Notes: generated by a model from the letters alone, not told the origin. A stretch of DNA of 63,011 bases, filler included, from Cercozoa sp. M6MM (GCA_040357565.1; 12 parts of 12 records of this genome joined end to end with filler, not necessarily neighbours in it), one strand, 5' to 3'. Counted from the first letter of the whole stretch, positions 1 to 13,396 are shown. Made by a program: numbers and translations.

Positions 1-40
<40 letters not shown>

Positions 41-42
<2 letters not shown>

Positions 43-622
43 CCAGTTTCTCACAAACAGAAGAAGCGATGTGTACGCGAATGCTGTCTTTGGCATCGGC
101 GGCGAGTTTGTGTGCGATTAAACACAGTTGTTCAGTCGACTGCCACGCCTGAAAGCAATTCAATTTTTGTTTTTGTATCGGCAACAGAGCCCCCTCATGT
201 CACTAGTCAAGTCAAGTTGTGTCAGTACAGCTGGATAGCTCAGGAAGCCAGGCTCGAGGGGAGAACTGCGTCGTGTCAGATGAGGCGGAGGGATAGGCCA
301 GCGTCCGGGCGAAGGCTGGTCTGCATAGATGGCGGCCGGACTCGGCTCTAATGGCGACTCAGAACGCGCAGGGTCGCCCTCGGAGCTGGCGCTGTTTAAC
401 CACAAATCAACTCAGCACAACAACGTTTACTAAAACGGCACTTAACTTGGCACAAGTCACCAAAAACAGAAAAGAAAAAACTGCTCAACTTGACAAAAAC
501 TGAACTCAACACATGGACTGTTTCAAAAGTCATAAACTGGGGTTTGAGAGTAAAACCCACCGTGCGGTCGCACAGAGTAGTGTCGCAGTCGACACAAGAA
601 GCAAGGCGGTGACACGAAGCAT
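41..622 (-). CDS. 5' part of a secreted protein of unknown function, truncated at the contig start
   Basis: ATG at 622 gives a signal-peptide-like MLRVTALLLVSTATLLCATAR, followed by GT-AG introns and exons ...PARSESPLEPSPAAIYADQP... and AWQSTEQLCLIAHKLAADAKDSIR. Confidence 0.5.
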
Positions 623-1304
623 TGCGGATCAAACTCAGTCCAGACTACGTCGAGTGACTGGCCCAGGTTGGGTAGGAGTTTTGCGGAGAGACTTTGTCGT
701 CCCAGGATGCGAGAAGACTTCAAGGTGGCTGTCGCCAGTTGTGGAATATTGTGTCTACACACTCGCGCAGAGGTTCGCAACGCTAGCCGCGGCTGAATAA
801 TCGTGTTTTTTTGTATTTTTTCCTGGGCGCGCTCGGACTTGGCAGACACGTGCCCGCCTCGGGCGCGCCCTATAGTCCGCGGCATTCGAAAAACCTGTTG
901 ATGATTCACACTCGCCGCTCTATCCTTCAGACGCCAGCGCTACGCTGTACTGCAGGCTGTGAGCAGAAGAGACAAACAAACACCAGAGTGGCAGATGATC
1001 TCTGACGTGCTTGGCCCATCACATGGTGATTCAAGTGAAGTGAGGATTTCGTTATAGTGGAATTTGAGTCACACCGTGGTCGATCGTAACAAACGCTGGT
1101 AAAACAGGCGTCGTTTGCCACCGCTATTAGCCTAACGGTTGATGGCACGGGGCCCACCTACCTCAGCGGAGATCCTTTTTTGTTTTCTGCATCGACCAGC
1201 GAGTCTGTAATTCTTGGACATTTTTGGCACGTTCGAACATTTTTTGACACTTAAGTGGTGTCCAAAACCTGTACAAGCGAGTCTCGAGTGTGCAATGTGT
1301 TGCA

Positions 1305-2691
1305 ATGGCAGACGCACTCGGCAGCATCTTGGAGGAGCGTTTTTCCCGTGTTGACCAGAATGCGCAGAGTTGTTGTGTCTTGTTTGTGCGGCACGCCGAG
1401 GGTGTGCATAACGTTAACCTTCTGGCCAAGGCAGGCTTTCAGCACGTCGATCCACACTTGACACCAGCAGGTGCAACCAGATAGCTTTCGTTTGACTTTT
1501 TCGCCGCCAGTTGCTGCTTTTTTCTAGGCGTTGAGCAAGCTCGCTTGCTTGGAAAGCGTTGGTTTTCGTGTCGTGGCGTCGGGTTCTGGGACGACTTTGA
1601 CGAGTTTCACGTGTCACCGCACCGACGCACTTTGCAAACCTTTGTAATAAAGTCTTGTTTTACCAAGTTGTGACTACAACATACAATATAGGGTCATGCA
1701 CTCGAAGGTTTTGTCGAAGCAATGGCAGATTCAGGGACTATGAGTAGTTGCCAGGCCCGCGAGATCCTCGTTGACATCCTTAGTCGAAAGCAACTTTCGG
1801 TGATGTTACAGTTGCGTGAGATTGTGATCACAGCTTCTGCCAGCTTGAGCAACAGCACACTCGAAAGCAGTCTCAGCGAGATTCCTCTGTTGCACCGACT
1901 TGTGAAAGCAAGTGCGTCACGCGATCTCTCTCGCTTCTTGGTACTTGCGAATTCGCTTGAAAGCTGAGTTTATAACTGACTGGTGTAGCACGATTTGCAC
2001 TACCTGGGACAAGAAGAAGAAACAGTGCGTCAAGAAGTCGCAAGTGCGACAGAAGCGATGCGAACCCCGTTGCGATACTTTGAGTCTAGTGGGCTGCGAC
2101 ATGGCATTTCTCCCGAGTCAGTGGGTCACGCCGTGTTGCGCAGCTGTCGCTATTCAATGTTGGTGAAAGCACGCAACGCGCGCGTCCTCGCCGTGAGTTC
2201 GCGCTGTCCTTTCTTGCTTTCGCAGCTTGCGAACTGAAGGTCTGAAGGTCCTGTTGATGCAGGTGTCACACGGCAACTTGTGGAAAACACTGATTGCGAC
2301 GCAGTGGACACTTCAAACTGACACTCTGCCGATTGAAAGCAACGTTGCTGAACGACTCCACGCGGCGAAACTTGCTGCCCAGTATCTTTTTCTTGCCCGA
2401 TATTTCTTTTTATTATTTTAAACCTTGATAAGTGCCATCGGCGTGCTCGGGAAGGGCACAATCGACATCGTGCCGGAGCACGAAAGTGCAATTCTGCACA
2501 ACACGGACATGGCAGTGATCTGCAATGTGCAGTCGCCAACTTTGGACGAAACCAGATCAAGCGCAGGTCTTCCGAGTCTCTTTGTCGCCAAGCTTCCCGC
2601 ACGCGACGCGGCGGTGCAAGTCGAGTTGCGCGAACTCCCTGTGCCCGAAAAGACCTGGCGACCGGCGCTTGCCAGAGTGGTACTTGCCTGA
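1305..2691 (+). CDS. Histidine phosphatase / phosphoglycerate mutase family protein (about 6 exons)
   Basis: Spliced motifs LFVRHAEGVHN, DPHLTPAG|VEQARLLG, VSPHRRTLQTF and VLA|VSHGN. Stop TGA at 2691. Confidence 0.85.
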
Positions 2692-3096
2692 GTCATGATC
2701 AATTTTGGTTTATGCGCTTGTATGCGAAACAGGGCGTGCAGGTGCTGAACGTGCTAACGCGACCGTTTCGCTGAACCACGACAGGAAGATGAGATCCGAT
2801 CAGCGCAGTTCATCGATTTTAGACACGACATCCATTGTTTCATTCGATGCTGTCGCCAGTTTTACGTTTCTGTCCGATACGTTACATCATGATCGCATGC
2901 GATGCGATGATGACGGTATTAGACTTGGATGCTAAACTGATCTGTAGTTAGTGAGTTGAGTCTTCTAGGACAACTAGTTCCCACCAGTCCGGGGTGGGTC
3001 GCAAGAGCATGGCCGTGCCTGGTTGGGACGTATAGTATTAATGGTCGAGTACTGTAGTCGAGTACCGCACTACTGTACTGTACGTGCTCCGCACTG

Positions 3097-6000
3097 TCAG
3101 TTCAGCAGCTCGTCGGAGTCGACGTACGTGTCGCTGGGCTCGTCGACAGAACCGATCGTCTGAGCCCGAGAAAAACTGGAGGCGCCACTGCGCGAAAAAG
3201 TGTGCTGGTTCAGGAGACTCGCCCGGCGCAACAAAGCGGCAAAGTCGCGGGTCTCACTGTCCGTGCCGGTGTCCTCGGTGGAGCCTGACAAAAGGTCACT
3301 CTGACTCTCGAATTCATCTGATGAATGCGACGGGTCACTTTCGCTGTGATTTGGCACGAAACCACCGCGTATGAGTTCGGCAGGTGTCAAACTCTGAATT
3401 TCGACCGAGTTCACTGTGCTCAGGCTGTCGCTCCTGCTCGAGCTTTCGCCAATAGTACTCAGCTTGCGAAGCTCAATTGAGTCGGATGCGTCCCAGATAG
3501 CACACCACTGCGCTACTGACCTACTCAAAGTTTCACGGTATTTGTGGTGTAAAGAGAAAGCTAATCTGCATCCCTACCTTCCAGTTTCTTTCGTCACTTG
3601 TCGACTGATCAGGGCTAGGTCTATTTCGGCCCTCCAGACAGTCAGCGCACTCAGCACGTTGATTTGCCAGTCTTGGTGCTTGTTTTCTTTGTCCATCAAT
3701 TGGAATAAACCATATGCTAAGTAAGGACTGTTGTACCAGCACGAAGGCGGAAGATGTCCGTAAACCATCGCGTCCACAAGGCAAGCGGCGAGCGTGCCAT
3801 CAGAATCAGTTCTCGGACGTAGTCGACGAGAATCGCCGGAACATTCTTCGGAAGTGATGCGAGAATCACAGAGACACTTTCGCCTCCCAAAGCTCGGTCA
3901 AGACACCTGCCAGTTTCAACATTCTTTTTTGCATCAAAACATAATAGATTTAATAAGCCTGGTACCGCAAAAAGGTGTATGATTTCTCAGTTAAGAGGAA
4001 TTGGAACACCCAAGAAACATCGTGCGGATTGTCGCGTCGGCATTGACGAAGCTGTTCAAGCGTCGTATTTATCTCTCTCTTTGTGACATGGGTTTCGTGA
4101 GGTCGTTGTCCGGTCAAACGTACGAACAGACAGGTTGCCCATTCTCGAACGACAGTGTCGCCGATACAGTCGCTTGCGCGCCGAACACAAGACAGAATCT
4201 CTTCTTGCAGATTGCCCTGTACGATGCTGTACTCGACCTCGATGTCGCCGTCCACGCGTTGGTTTGCAGTCAATGACAACCGACTAAAGAAACACAGCCT
4301 GAATCATCAGAAAGAACTTCCGCCTTTTGTACAAAACTCTTCATACCAGACAGTCGGCAACGTCGACTCTTCTTTGAGAACGGACTTGAGCAGTCGTGCG
4401 AGGAGCTGCGCCGTCGACAGGACCATCGACAGTGTCGCGCTTCTCTGGATCTGCGAGATTTCGGCGCTCGAGTTTGCTGCGCTGGCTTCGAACTGACCAG
4501 AGCGATTTGACCAAGCTTGCAGCAGTTCGTCCTCGAGATCGCTTTGAAACATCGCCTGAAACACGGTCGCAATTGCCACTCGCTGCCTCTGCGAGCGACG
4601 CGCCAAAACGCCGGCGACCATTCGCATCGATTTTTTCTGTTTTTCGCAACTTTCCCTGATTAATACCAGTTATACCTAAGACCAAGTGTACCTTTATTGC
4701 TCTTTGCAACATTGTTGCGTCTCTCCTCGGATCGAACAATGAGGCCTTTTCAAAATAGGACGAGTCAGCATTGGAACACGAGTGTACAAGTGGGTACCGA
4801 CTGTGCTCGAATCGTCGGTCCGTAGAAGCCAAAGTTCGCATCGTTCATCAACGCAGGCGCTGGGTCGGGGAACAAGTCATCCTCAGACGCCGGCTGCACG
4901 TCTTTCTTTGCTGCTTCTGCTTCCGCACAAACCGAGGGATGTGATTAAAGCAAAGTAATGGCTGGCTTTGATTGAACTGAATGTGCGAAATACCAACTGC
5001 GCGAAGTAACTGGTCCACAGTCGTTCCAGTTTCGCCGGCGACTTTTGAAATCAGGTCGTCGAAACTGAACATTAAAGTGTCAGTCCAGGTTACGGTATGC
5101 ATGTGCTGAGCATTAAAATTAAAGGGAAAGCCACCTTTGAGGTTCAAGCACAACTTCGTACTGCTCAAGCATGTATCTCGCCAGTTTGCTTGAAACCAAG
5201 CGAGCTTGTTGCATTGATTTGACGACGTCGGCGGTTTCCACGCTCTTGGCATCACCGAGCCTACATTTATGAGCAGAAAACGTTCATTTCACAAGCACCT
5301 TCAGTTGAAGTTAGATTACAAGGACGCAGACAATAGTTTGAAACTGTCTTGTATCCGGGTTTCGGTTCTCGCATTGTTTTCTGCCTTGCAATTGCGGTCC
5401 TTAATGCCAGATATGATCGAAAGAACGATTTTATACCCGCTGCAGCCAAAACTGCATTCAAATTAGCGCCGTCTTCTTCGCTTAGCCGCAAAACAATGTC
5501 ACGGAACCTACAGCACTTCAGTTAGCGGTATCTTACAAGCGGAAGGATCGTTTACTCAGAAAAGTCAATTGTTGGCTTGTGACGACTCAAGATCTCCTCA
5601 GCAGTGTTTTGTGACACGAAAGACGTTCTCCTTAACGACTTAAGCAATCTTGAAAGGTCGAAACTGTGCCTAAACACGAGAACAGACACGCTTGTTTGTC
5701 TCGTAAAATACAGTTAAAAAAAAAATGCACCTCTCGGCAGAGATGGTTCGGAAGCACTCGTCAATACGACGTTCCAGGTGCTCTTGTGCACGCACGCGTT
5801 TGTGATGATCCATGATCTCGGTGTAATCGCGTGTCGTTTCCACAAGCTGCTGAACTGCTTTCAGCATCGCCTCCTGCAGCACCACCAAGCTGTGCATCTC
5901 CAAAAAAGGAGGTTGAATGGCGGTACCTGGGGTGCAACAGCGGCACGTTGACGTCGACGAAGAACTGTGCCAGTGATATTCGCGTCGCTTGTTAGTGGCG

Positions 6001-9000
6001 CGTCTGCTTGAAACTCCGTGTGAGAGTGTGCGCGTGTCTTTGAAAATCGGACCAGCTTACCTCTCTGCTGTAGCATTTTTCTCTCAGTGGAGATTGAGCA
6101 GAGAGGTTTGCTTGGTCTTGGTCCTTCGTTCCCACGTGAGCTCAGAAAACTGCTTGGTTTGAGGGCCTGTCTTTCAGTCAACGAGTTCAAGTTTGAAGTT
6201 GAGACTGTTGCAGTGCGCGAAGGGTTGGTGTTTGCGCAATCATGTAGAGGTTCAAGCGGGCGAAGATATTCTTTTTCTCGTCCTTCTTTCAAACCGACAG
6301 TTGCGGCTGAATTGAGAAGTGACTGTATCCTTTGATTACTGCTCGTTTCTTGTCCTTGTCTTGGACTTGAAGTCGCCTCCTGAAAAATGTCGAGCATCAG
6401 TTTCGACGCTTCGTTCACAAACAATGGATTTGCAGGCATTTGGGAGTGCTCAACCCGTCGACTCGGAGGGTCTTGCCCGGGGCTCTGTGAAGTTGCTAGA
6501 AGTTCGGCAGCGACTTCGCGAACTTTTGCCGAAGCTCTCTCGGTTTTGTGCATTGCTTTGGCGACGTGTTTTTCGCCTTTAACGTCATTTATCTTCTTCG
6601 CTTCTGTTTCCAATCGATACGGTTCTTTGTTCGACGGAGTTATCGGCGAAGAGCCGGAATCAGCGGTCACATTGTCAGTTCCTTCAGCAGCTTCGCAGGA
6701 GGAAGCAATTCGCATACCGAACTGGCACGTCTCGGCAGCGGCATCGAATTTTCCCTTGCAGAGCAGCGCAAGTCCCTGAGGAACAGATACAACTTACAAG
6801 CGACAGATTGCAAACACTGTAAAATACCTTTCGCATGTAGCCCTCTGGACAATCCGGCTTTATCTTGATGCACTTCTCGGCATCGGCAATGGCCTCGTCG
6901 AGTTTGCTGTATTTGCGGATCAGACGGAGAAAAGGCATCAGTTGTGGCATAATTGTACCCCATTGCGGTAAAGCAAGCGCTTCTGTTCGAATAGAACGTG
7001 AGGTTCTCCGGTTCCAACTTGATAGCCTCGCTGAACGCGGCGACTCCCGTCGTCCAATCCCTGAGAACGAGAGCAGAGACATTGGGTATCGAAATAAACT
7101 ACGATGAGCGTACTTTTTTGTGATGGCAGCCTCGCCTGCAGCTTCGCATCTCGCAATCCTCACTTCGATGTGTGCTTTGGACGCGGCAGTTGGAGAAAAC
7201 TCTAGATCTTTGTGAGAGAAACAGCTGCCAGTCTCGCCTGAAGAAACGTCAATTTTCGGCTGATGGTTCGAAGGTCCAAGTTGGCAAAGGCCTTTGCTTT
7301 CGTGTCTGCCAGGGAGTTGTTCTTTTCGATCACGACTCGATGCACACGCTTGCCTTGCACTTGCCTTCTGAAAGATGTCGAGCATCATTCTTGAAGTTTC
7401 GTTTGTAGCGTTCGTCGCAATTGCGAGGTCTTCGACGCAGGTCCGGCTTTGAGAAAGTTGTTTGTTCGCCGGCCGGATGTCTCTTTGGTCTGTCCCGTGA
7501 CTTCCTGGCTTTGCGTGCAACTCTTTTCCGTCTAAGAGCAGTTGTATCTGCGACAGCGGTTCGTTCGCAGAGGGAGCAGTTTGCGGTAACGAAGCAACGG
7601 ATTGAACGGAGTCCTTGTCAGTTGTCACTACAGTGTCGTGTGGTTCTCTATAGTCTGTATTCTCCGAACGATGAGAAAAGATGAGTCGAGGATTTGCAAT
7701 TGTGCTGTTTAGCACTTTACTCTTTTGCGACTGTGTGGGATCTAGACTCGCTGACACCTGCAACTTTGTCATGAACCGAAACAAGCCCGAAAAAGCTAGA
7801 AACTGGCATTACAGGGTCATTGGAAGCAATCTGCAGACCGAGCTGGCACACTTCAGCAGCAGTGTCAAAGTCGCCCTTGCGAAACAGTGCGAGTCCCTGG
7901 AGCAACATTCGTCGGCATCCAAAAGCACAAGCAACGCTGGTACCTTCCGCATGTAGCCTTCGGACCAATTTCGATCTAACTCGATGCACCTGTCGGCATC
8001 AACGATAGCTTCGTCAAGTTTGCTGTGCATTCATATGGATAAAAAGAGGGAGAAGATTATACAACTGTACCCCAGTTCAGTAAGACACGCGCTTCTGTTC
8101 GAATAGAACGTGTAGTTTTCTGGCTCCAGTTTGACGGCTTCAGTAAATGCAGTGATTGCTTGCACCCAATCCCTGAGAATTAGACCGTAAACTCTGTCGT
8201 ATTTGCTCAAAGAATGGAACTAACCTGTCCTTCACGGCCGCTATGCCTGCAGCCTGGAATCTTGCGGCTGCGTTGCGAGCTTCACCGTTGGATAATTTCG
8301 CCTGAGGGAGTTTTAACTCGTCGAAAGGTTGTCCTTGTCGAGCTCCATGCCTTTCGTTGGTTGCGAGAGATTCTGCAGTTAAGGTTGAACGGGACGTTGC
8401 CGTGTTTTGGAAGTCAAGTTTCGGGTAAGAAAGGGAATTTGGTGTTGCTCTTTCATTGTCTTCCAGATGCTCCACAGTTGGGTGTTCTTTCCATCTTGAG
8501 TTCGCATCGAGAGTTGCGAGCACCGAATGGGTTGGAGAGTGGACATCGTTTTCATTGTCGATGCGAGAAACACCTGCAAAAAGAGCAGGTGTGTTCAGCA
8601 TGCTCCGACTAAGATGCGCGCCATTTTTTTCTGCGTGCACAATTAGTAAAGACTCCTGGGAAGAACGTGACTGTACATCGAACTGACCAAGTGCCTCGGA
8701 AAGCATATCACGGTGCGACTGTATTGTTTGAGCCTTTCGCTGCAACTGCTGCAATGTGTCTTGCACATGGGCGAATCGGAGTTGTCGTCGTCGGGACTCT
8801 GATCGACTTAGTTTGGCCTGCTTGCGCCGCAGTTCTTCTTTGAGGAACTCCACTAAAATTGACAGCACACAGGCTCCTTTGGCGCAATGACAACCTGTAA
8901 ACGAGCGGTTAATACCCAAAGTTTGTGTTTCGGCATTGCGTTCAAACAGCCTCCGATTGTTTTGTTCGATGCTGTCGAATTTGTTTTGATCAAAAACGAG

Positions 9001-10840
9001 AAAGACGGCGTTTCTCCTCTTCTTCAGAGCGTCGATTTCTCGATTTACCCGACTCAGTCGTTGTTGGAGAGTTTGTGCTTTCGTTTTCTTTTGTCAACAA
9101 CACAGGTGAGCGAACGAATTTCAACAGTAAATTTATCAAGTCAAAAGCACCTTCGGCACTGCGTCGTCGGGACTTGTCGAGAAGTGCTTCTCCTCCAATG
9201 TAAGTTTACCTCCCCGGTGGCAAGCCGCACAGTATCGACTGCGTACTTGCCCATGGCAACAGAGAGTGGCACTCCTTCCGACGATCAGTAAAGCATCATC
9301 TCGAGCATTCTTTTGTCGTATCTCGTCACCTCTGCGAGCTATCGCTGCCTGAGTTGCTCTGCAGGACAATAAGCACACACGAAGCAATTAAAGCGAAGTT
9401 GTAGCCCAGCTGCTGTACCTCTTTGAGTTCATGTGGTGCCGTATCTCTTTGTCGAAATCTACGCCCTGCTTTAATGTCTTGAGGAGCAGCTCTATAGTTG
9501 CGCTGTTGCTGGGAACGAGCTTCTGGGTACAGCGTGTCCAGATTCGCGAAATTCGCTCAACTTGTTTCGACGCTTTGCTGAACAGACGCAAGATTGAGCC
9601 ATCCGTCGCTGTTTTGTCTCGCTGCAGTTGCGCTACTTGTCGCAGCAACTACGCAGTGCTTTCTTTCACTTTGCAGTCAGCACAGAAAGCGCAGTCAGAT
9701 ATCAACTTACTTTTTGGATGGTTTTTCGTGTGTTTCGCAGCTTTCGACGCATCGCTCTCGCCTTGCTGTCGGCGTTAGAAAGCTCGATTCTTTGAAGCAA
9801 GGACGAGTGTTCGTTTTGGAGTCGTCTTTCTTCCTCTCTGTTTCATATTTCAGATTCTGTTAGATACGAGATGCAGATTCACGCTCAATTTCTGTACCTG
9901 CAGAAATTCAATCTCGCCGTTTGCGCTAAGATGCGCTGCTTGACAGTTTGCAACCTTCGTTCGACATAGTCGCTGTCCACTGAATCCAGACTAGCGCCGC
10001 TGCTTTGACTCGCAAGAGACAGCGTCGAAGTCGAATGTCGCAGCGAAGCAATTGCGTGCTCGGAGAACTGCACTTGCCGTCTCAAATGCTCATAGTTGTC
10101 CTCCGCTCTTTCTTTCTGCACATCACAACTGTCAGTTCCACTGAAATTCATCAGTTTAATCCTTCTACCTCCTCTCGAAGTTTGTCGCACAACTTGAGTT
10201 GGCTGAGGACTCGCCTACTAGGAGTTAGAGAAAAATCAGAGACATTGGTGGCCAACGCTTCGTTTGATGCAATAACAACTGATATTTATCTTCACCTGTC
10301 GATGGCCGTCTTTGAAGAATGGATGTCTTGATGAATCGTCACAGCTACCATGCGCAACTTCGACACCACGGAAACAAGATGAAAGTTGAGGTACCTGAGT
10401 GCAGCTGCGTATAACTGCGAGTGAACTGTTCTGCGAAGCTTTTCGTTCGTAACCTCCGACTTATCATCGCGGCACATTGGTGTGCTGCACACAACCGGTA
10501 CCAAACTAAAGATACGCATGCATTTGCTCTTGATCAGTGTCTGTACATTTTAACTGCTTGCTGTGTTCGCTTGATTGGACTGTTTTTGGACATGGAGTGC
10601 TACCAGGCCTATGTTGTGTTGGGTTGGCATGAATTTAGCTTTATGCTGTGGAAATTTGTCAACGGAATGAGGGTACAAAGAAGGGAGCCGAAGCAGAGTG
10701 TTTGCACTACGCGCTCGTTGCAAACCAGGGTTTTTGCGCGAAGGATTGCGAGGTAATCGCCTTCTTTTCGCTTGAAGACGCGCCACATCGCCAATCAGCG
10801 ACGAGCTATAGCTACTCGAGTCGATTCGAAGGCTTTTCAT
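3097..10840 (-). CDS. Giant multi-exon protein: N-terminal coiled coil, two TPR domains, two ~75-aa helical repeats, divergent annexin core and a Ser/acidic tail
   Basis: Hand splicing with GT-AG introns keeps one frame through the central junctions checked. TPR: EAVKLEPENYTFYSNRSAC..KLDEAIVDADRCIELDRNWSEGYMRK, with a second copy at ~6720-7140. Annexin: FDPRRDATMLQRAIK..VLARRSQRQRVAIATVFQAMFQSDLEDEL and LTVWRAEIDLALISRQ. Confidence 0.65.
6720..8290 (-). repeat. Internal tandem duplication of a 3-TPR module (~7800-8290 and ~6720-7150) with conserved intron positions
   Basis: Shared DNA gcgcttctgttcgaatagaacgtg at ~6978 and ~8089. Both copies have introns at the same positions. Confidence 0.85.
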
Positions 10841-11211
10841 TTTCGCCTGAAAGTAGGGCGTTTTTGCTCAACGCTGGAGCCGCTCCAGCGACCCAGCTGG
10901 CGCTAAGCAGTTTACACGCGACCTAGACTTAAGACCTTCCCCAAGACCTAACGCACTGTTGACTCCAGAGGAGTGCTGCACTCGTCGTTGTATTTTCCGG
11001 GTTTCGCAACTGAAAGACAAATGCTACGTAGACTCAAAAGACATTACTGTTCGTTACTGCCAGTGTAGCCAATTTAAATGAAGCGTTTCTCTAACCTGAT
11101 CGGGGCTCACGCGCATTCTCTTTTGCGTTTTTGGTCGAAGTTCGACGGAAATATGAGCTCTCGCATCCTGGATAGCGCACACTGGATAGTGCATGTTAGT
11201 AGGGAAGAAAG

Positions 11212-13288
11212 ATGAAAGATCGCCGCACGCCTGATTGTGTTGCGTTTGTGATTCTCGCACTAGCATCGGTGGTGTCGTTTGCAAGCCTGTACCAAACCAA
11301 AGAGCGGACAGAGCGACTTGAACAAGCACAGTCTCAGGAGAACCTTGCTCGTGAAGTGGCGAACTACGCGTCGCATCGAACGGCCGCAAGTGTGGCGATG
11401 CACACGGCATACCATCTAGATAACTCAAATGATGTTTATTGGAAAGACTTGGTTTCGCTTCGTTCGGTAAATTTACACTCTGAGTAAAATTCATTTTGAA
11501 ACTGAACGCAGCCCAACCTGCAGCTGATTCAGTTGGTTTTGAACACGTAGATGAGAGTGCCGCAGCCACTGCTTGTTTTTGGCACGTCACACTCAAAACG
11601 ACTTCGCTTGCTGAACGACACTGACATTGCCCACAGCACGCATAGCATGGCTGTGTACAACACGTTGCTCATGCACTCTTTAGACATCTTGATCGAAGGT
11701 ACGTTAACACTGCGAGATAAATAAAATAAAACAGCTCGAGTCACTCTGACGTAGAAGAAGACTACAACGAAACACAGTTGTTGGCGGAGTTTCAGTTACA
11801 GCACGCGCACGAACACATCGACGAAGCACATCGTGAAACCTTGTATCTGGTACTGAGTAGAATTATAGATACTGTCTTGTTGTATTGAAAAGCTCATCCA
11901 GTATGATTAAAAGTGAACGCAGATATTCGGAAGTGTAACGGTGTTACTTTTGATGTTGGCTTCGGTTGTCCGATTGGTCTATATCTCGGGAACCGCTTCC
12001 GACACTGAGAGGTTCGATCGGCAGTTTCTGTGGAAGAAGGGTGCGCACGCAAAAACTCCAGACATGGCGCTGACACCACGTTCGTTTTTTCGCAGTCCAT
12101 TGGAAGACACGTTGGTACTGTACTGTACAAACTATCAAGATGCAACTGCGCTTAGAATTCACTTGTGTCTGTCCAAGTTTAGGACCTTAATGACGTGGAC
12201 AACGAAGATGAATGCCTGAACGGAGACGCTTTAGTGCGAATGCGGTCACCACGAAAGGTGTCTCCAAAGGTGACCGCTTACAGTAACTTCCTGTTGTACT
12301 TTATATTAGGAATTGACTTTGTTGACAGTTGCCGCAAAAACAAACGCCGAATTCGAGCGTGTACTTTGAGCGGCAGCGCAAAGGAATCCTCCCGTCCTTG
12401 TTGCTGTCGCTCGTGGCGCTGCTCGTTTGTATCTCCACTCTCGGAGTTGCACTGCACCTGGTCGGTTGAAACGTCGAGTTTTTAATACTTATCATTCTAA
12501 GTTTCTTTTAAATTTGAAGTGACTAAAGTGACGGATTGTGCAGTACATCTGGAGTATTCCGGCGCTCCGAGACACTCCAGAAACAGCAATAACCGGGGAG
12601 GTCGAGAGCAGCGCAGTGCTGACTCAGTACTTGCGACTGATTGCGCTGGGACATTTGATGGTCCGCACCACACAGGATCTCGGAAGCAAGCACACGCAGA
12701 TACGAGCTGTTGCAACCGAAGTGACCGAACGCGTGCTGAGACACCCGCTTAATACCACGGAATCCGAGCTGTACCGTCTCTTTGTTCCCTGAGAAACGCT
12801 TTTTGTATTGGGCTCTTTGTATTGGGCTCTTTGTATTGGGCTCTTTGTATTGGGCTCGGGCTCTTTGGGTACACCTTAATAACGCAGATTGAAGACACTG
12901 GCCAGCACGGTGCGGCACAATTTGTTGCACGTGGAACACCAAGTTGACACGGAATTCGAGCGCCGTGCGACGATGCAACTCTTGGTGAATTCTCGAAATC
13001 ACTATTAAAATGAGCTTGACATGGTATTTTGTGTTCTCGTAGAGTAAAGCGGAAGCAAGCATCGACAGTCGAACTAGACAGCGTCGGAGGGACCTCGATC
13101 GCGTTGGCCGTGAGGTTTGGGTCGCCTGGGCCGTTCTGCCACTTGTGTAAGTCCATCCTTGTGTGTGTGCTTACCCAATATGCCCCGCTGTACCCAGAGT
13201 CGGATCGATCGCCGCTCTTGCCAGCATGTTGACTTTCCTAATCAGAGTGCACAAGACTGCAACACAGACTGCCTCTATGTTAGTGTAA
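11212..13288 (+). CDS. Multi-exon membrane protein with about 4 TM helices flanking two helical regions; start uncertain (possibly ~11078)
   Basis: Hydrophobic segments VAFVILALASVVSFASL, IFGSVTVLLLMLASVV, ILPSLLLSLVALLVCISTLGVAL and SIAALASMLTFLI, separated by GT-AG introns. Confidence 0.5.
12802..12870 (+). repeat. Intronic 15-bp tandem repeat (TTTGTATTGGGCTC-T) x4
   Basis: Read directly from the sequence. Confidence 0.9.
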
Positions 13289-13396
13289 CGGCCAACTCAA
13301 CCTTGCAGACCGCAACCTTAAAAGTAACCCAGTTTCGCGATCAGTGACTTTAGTGTCTTAGAAGTCAGTTCTTAGGTATCCACGATCACCTCTGCC

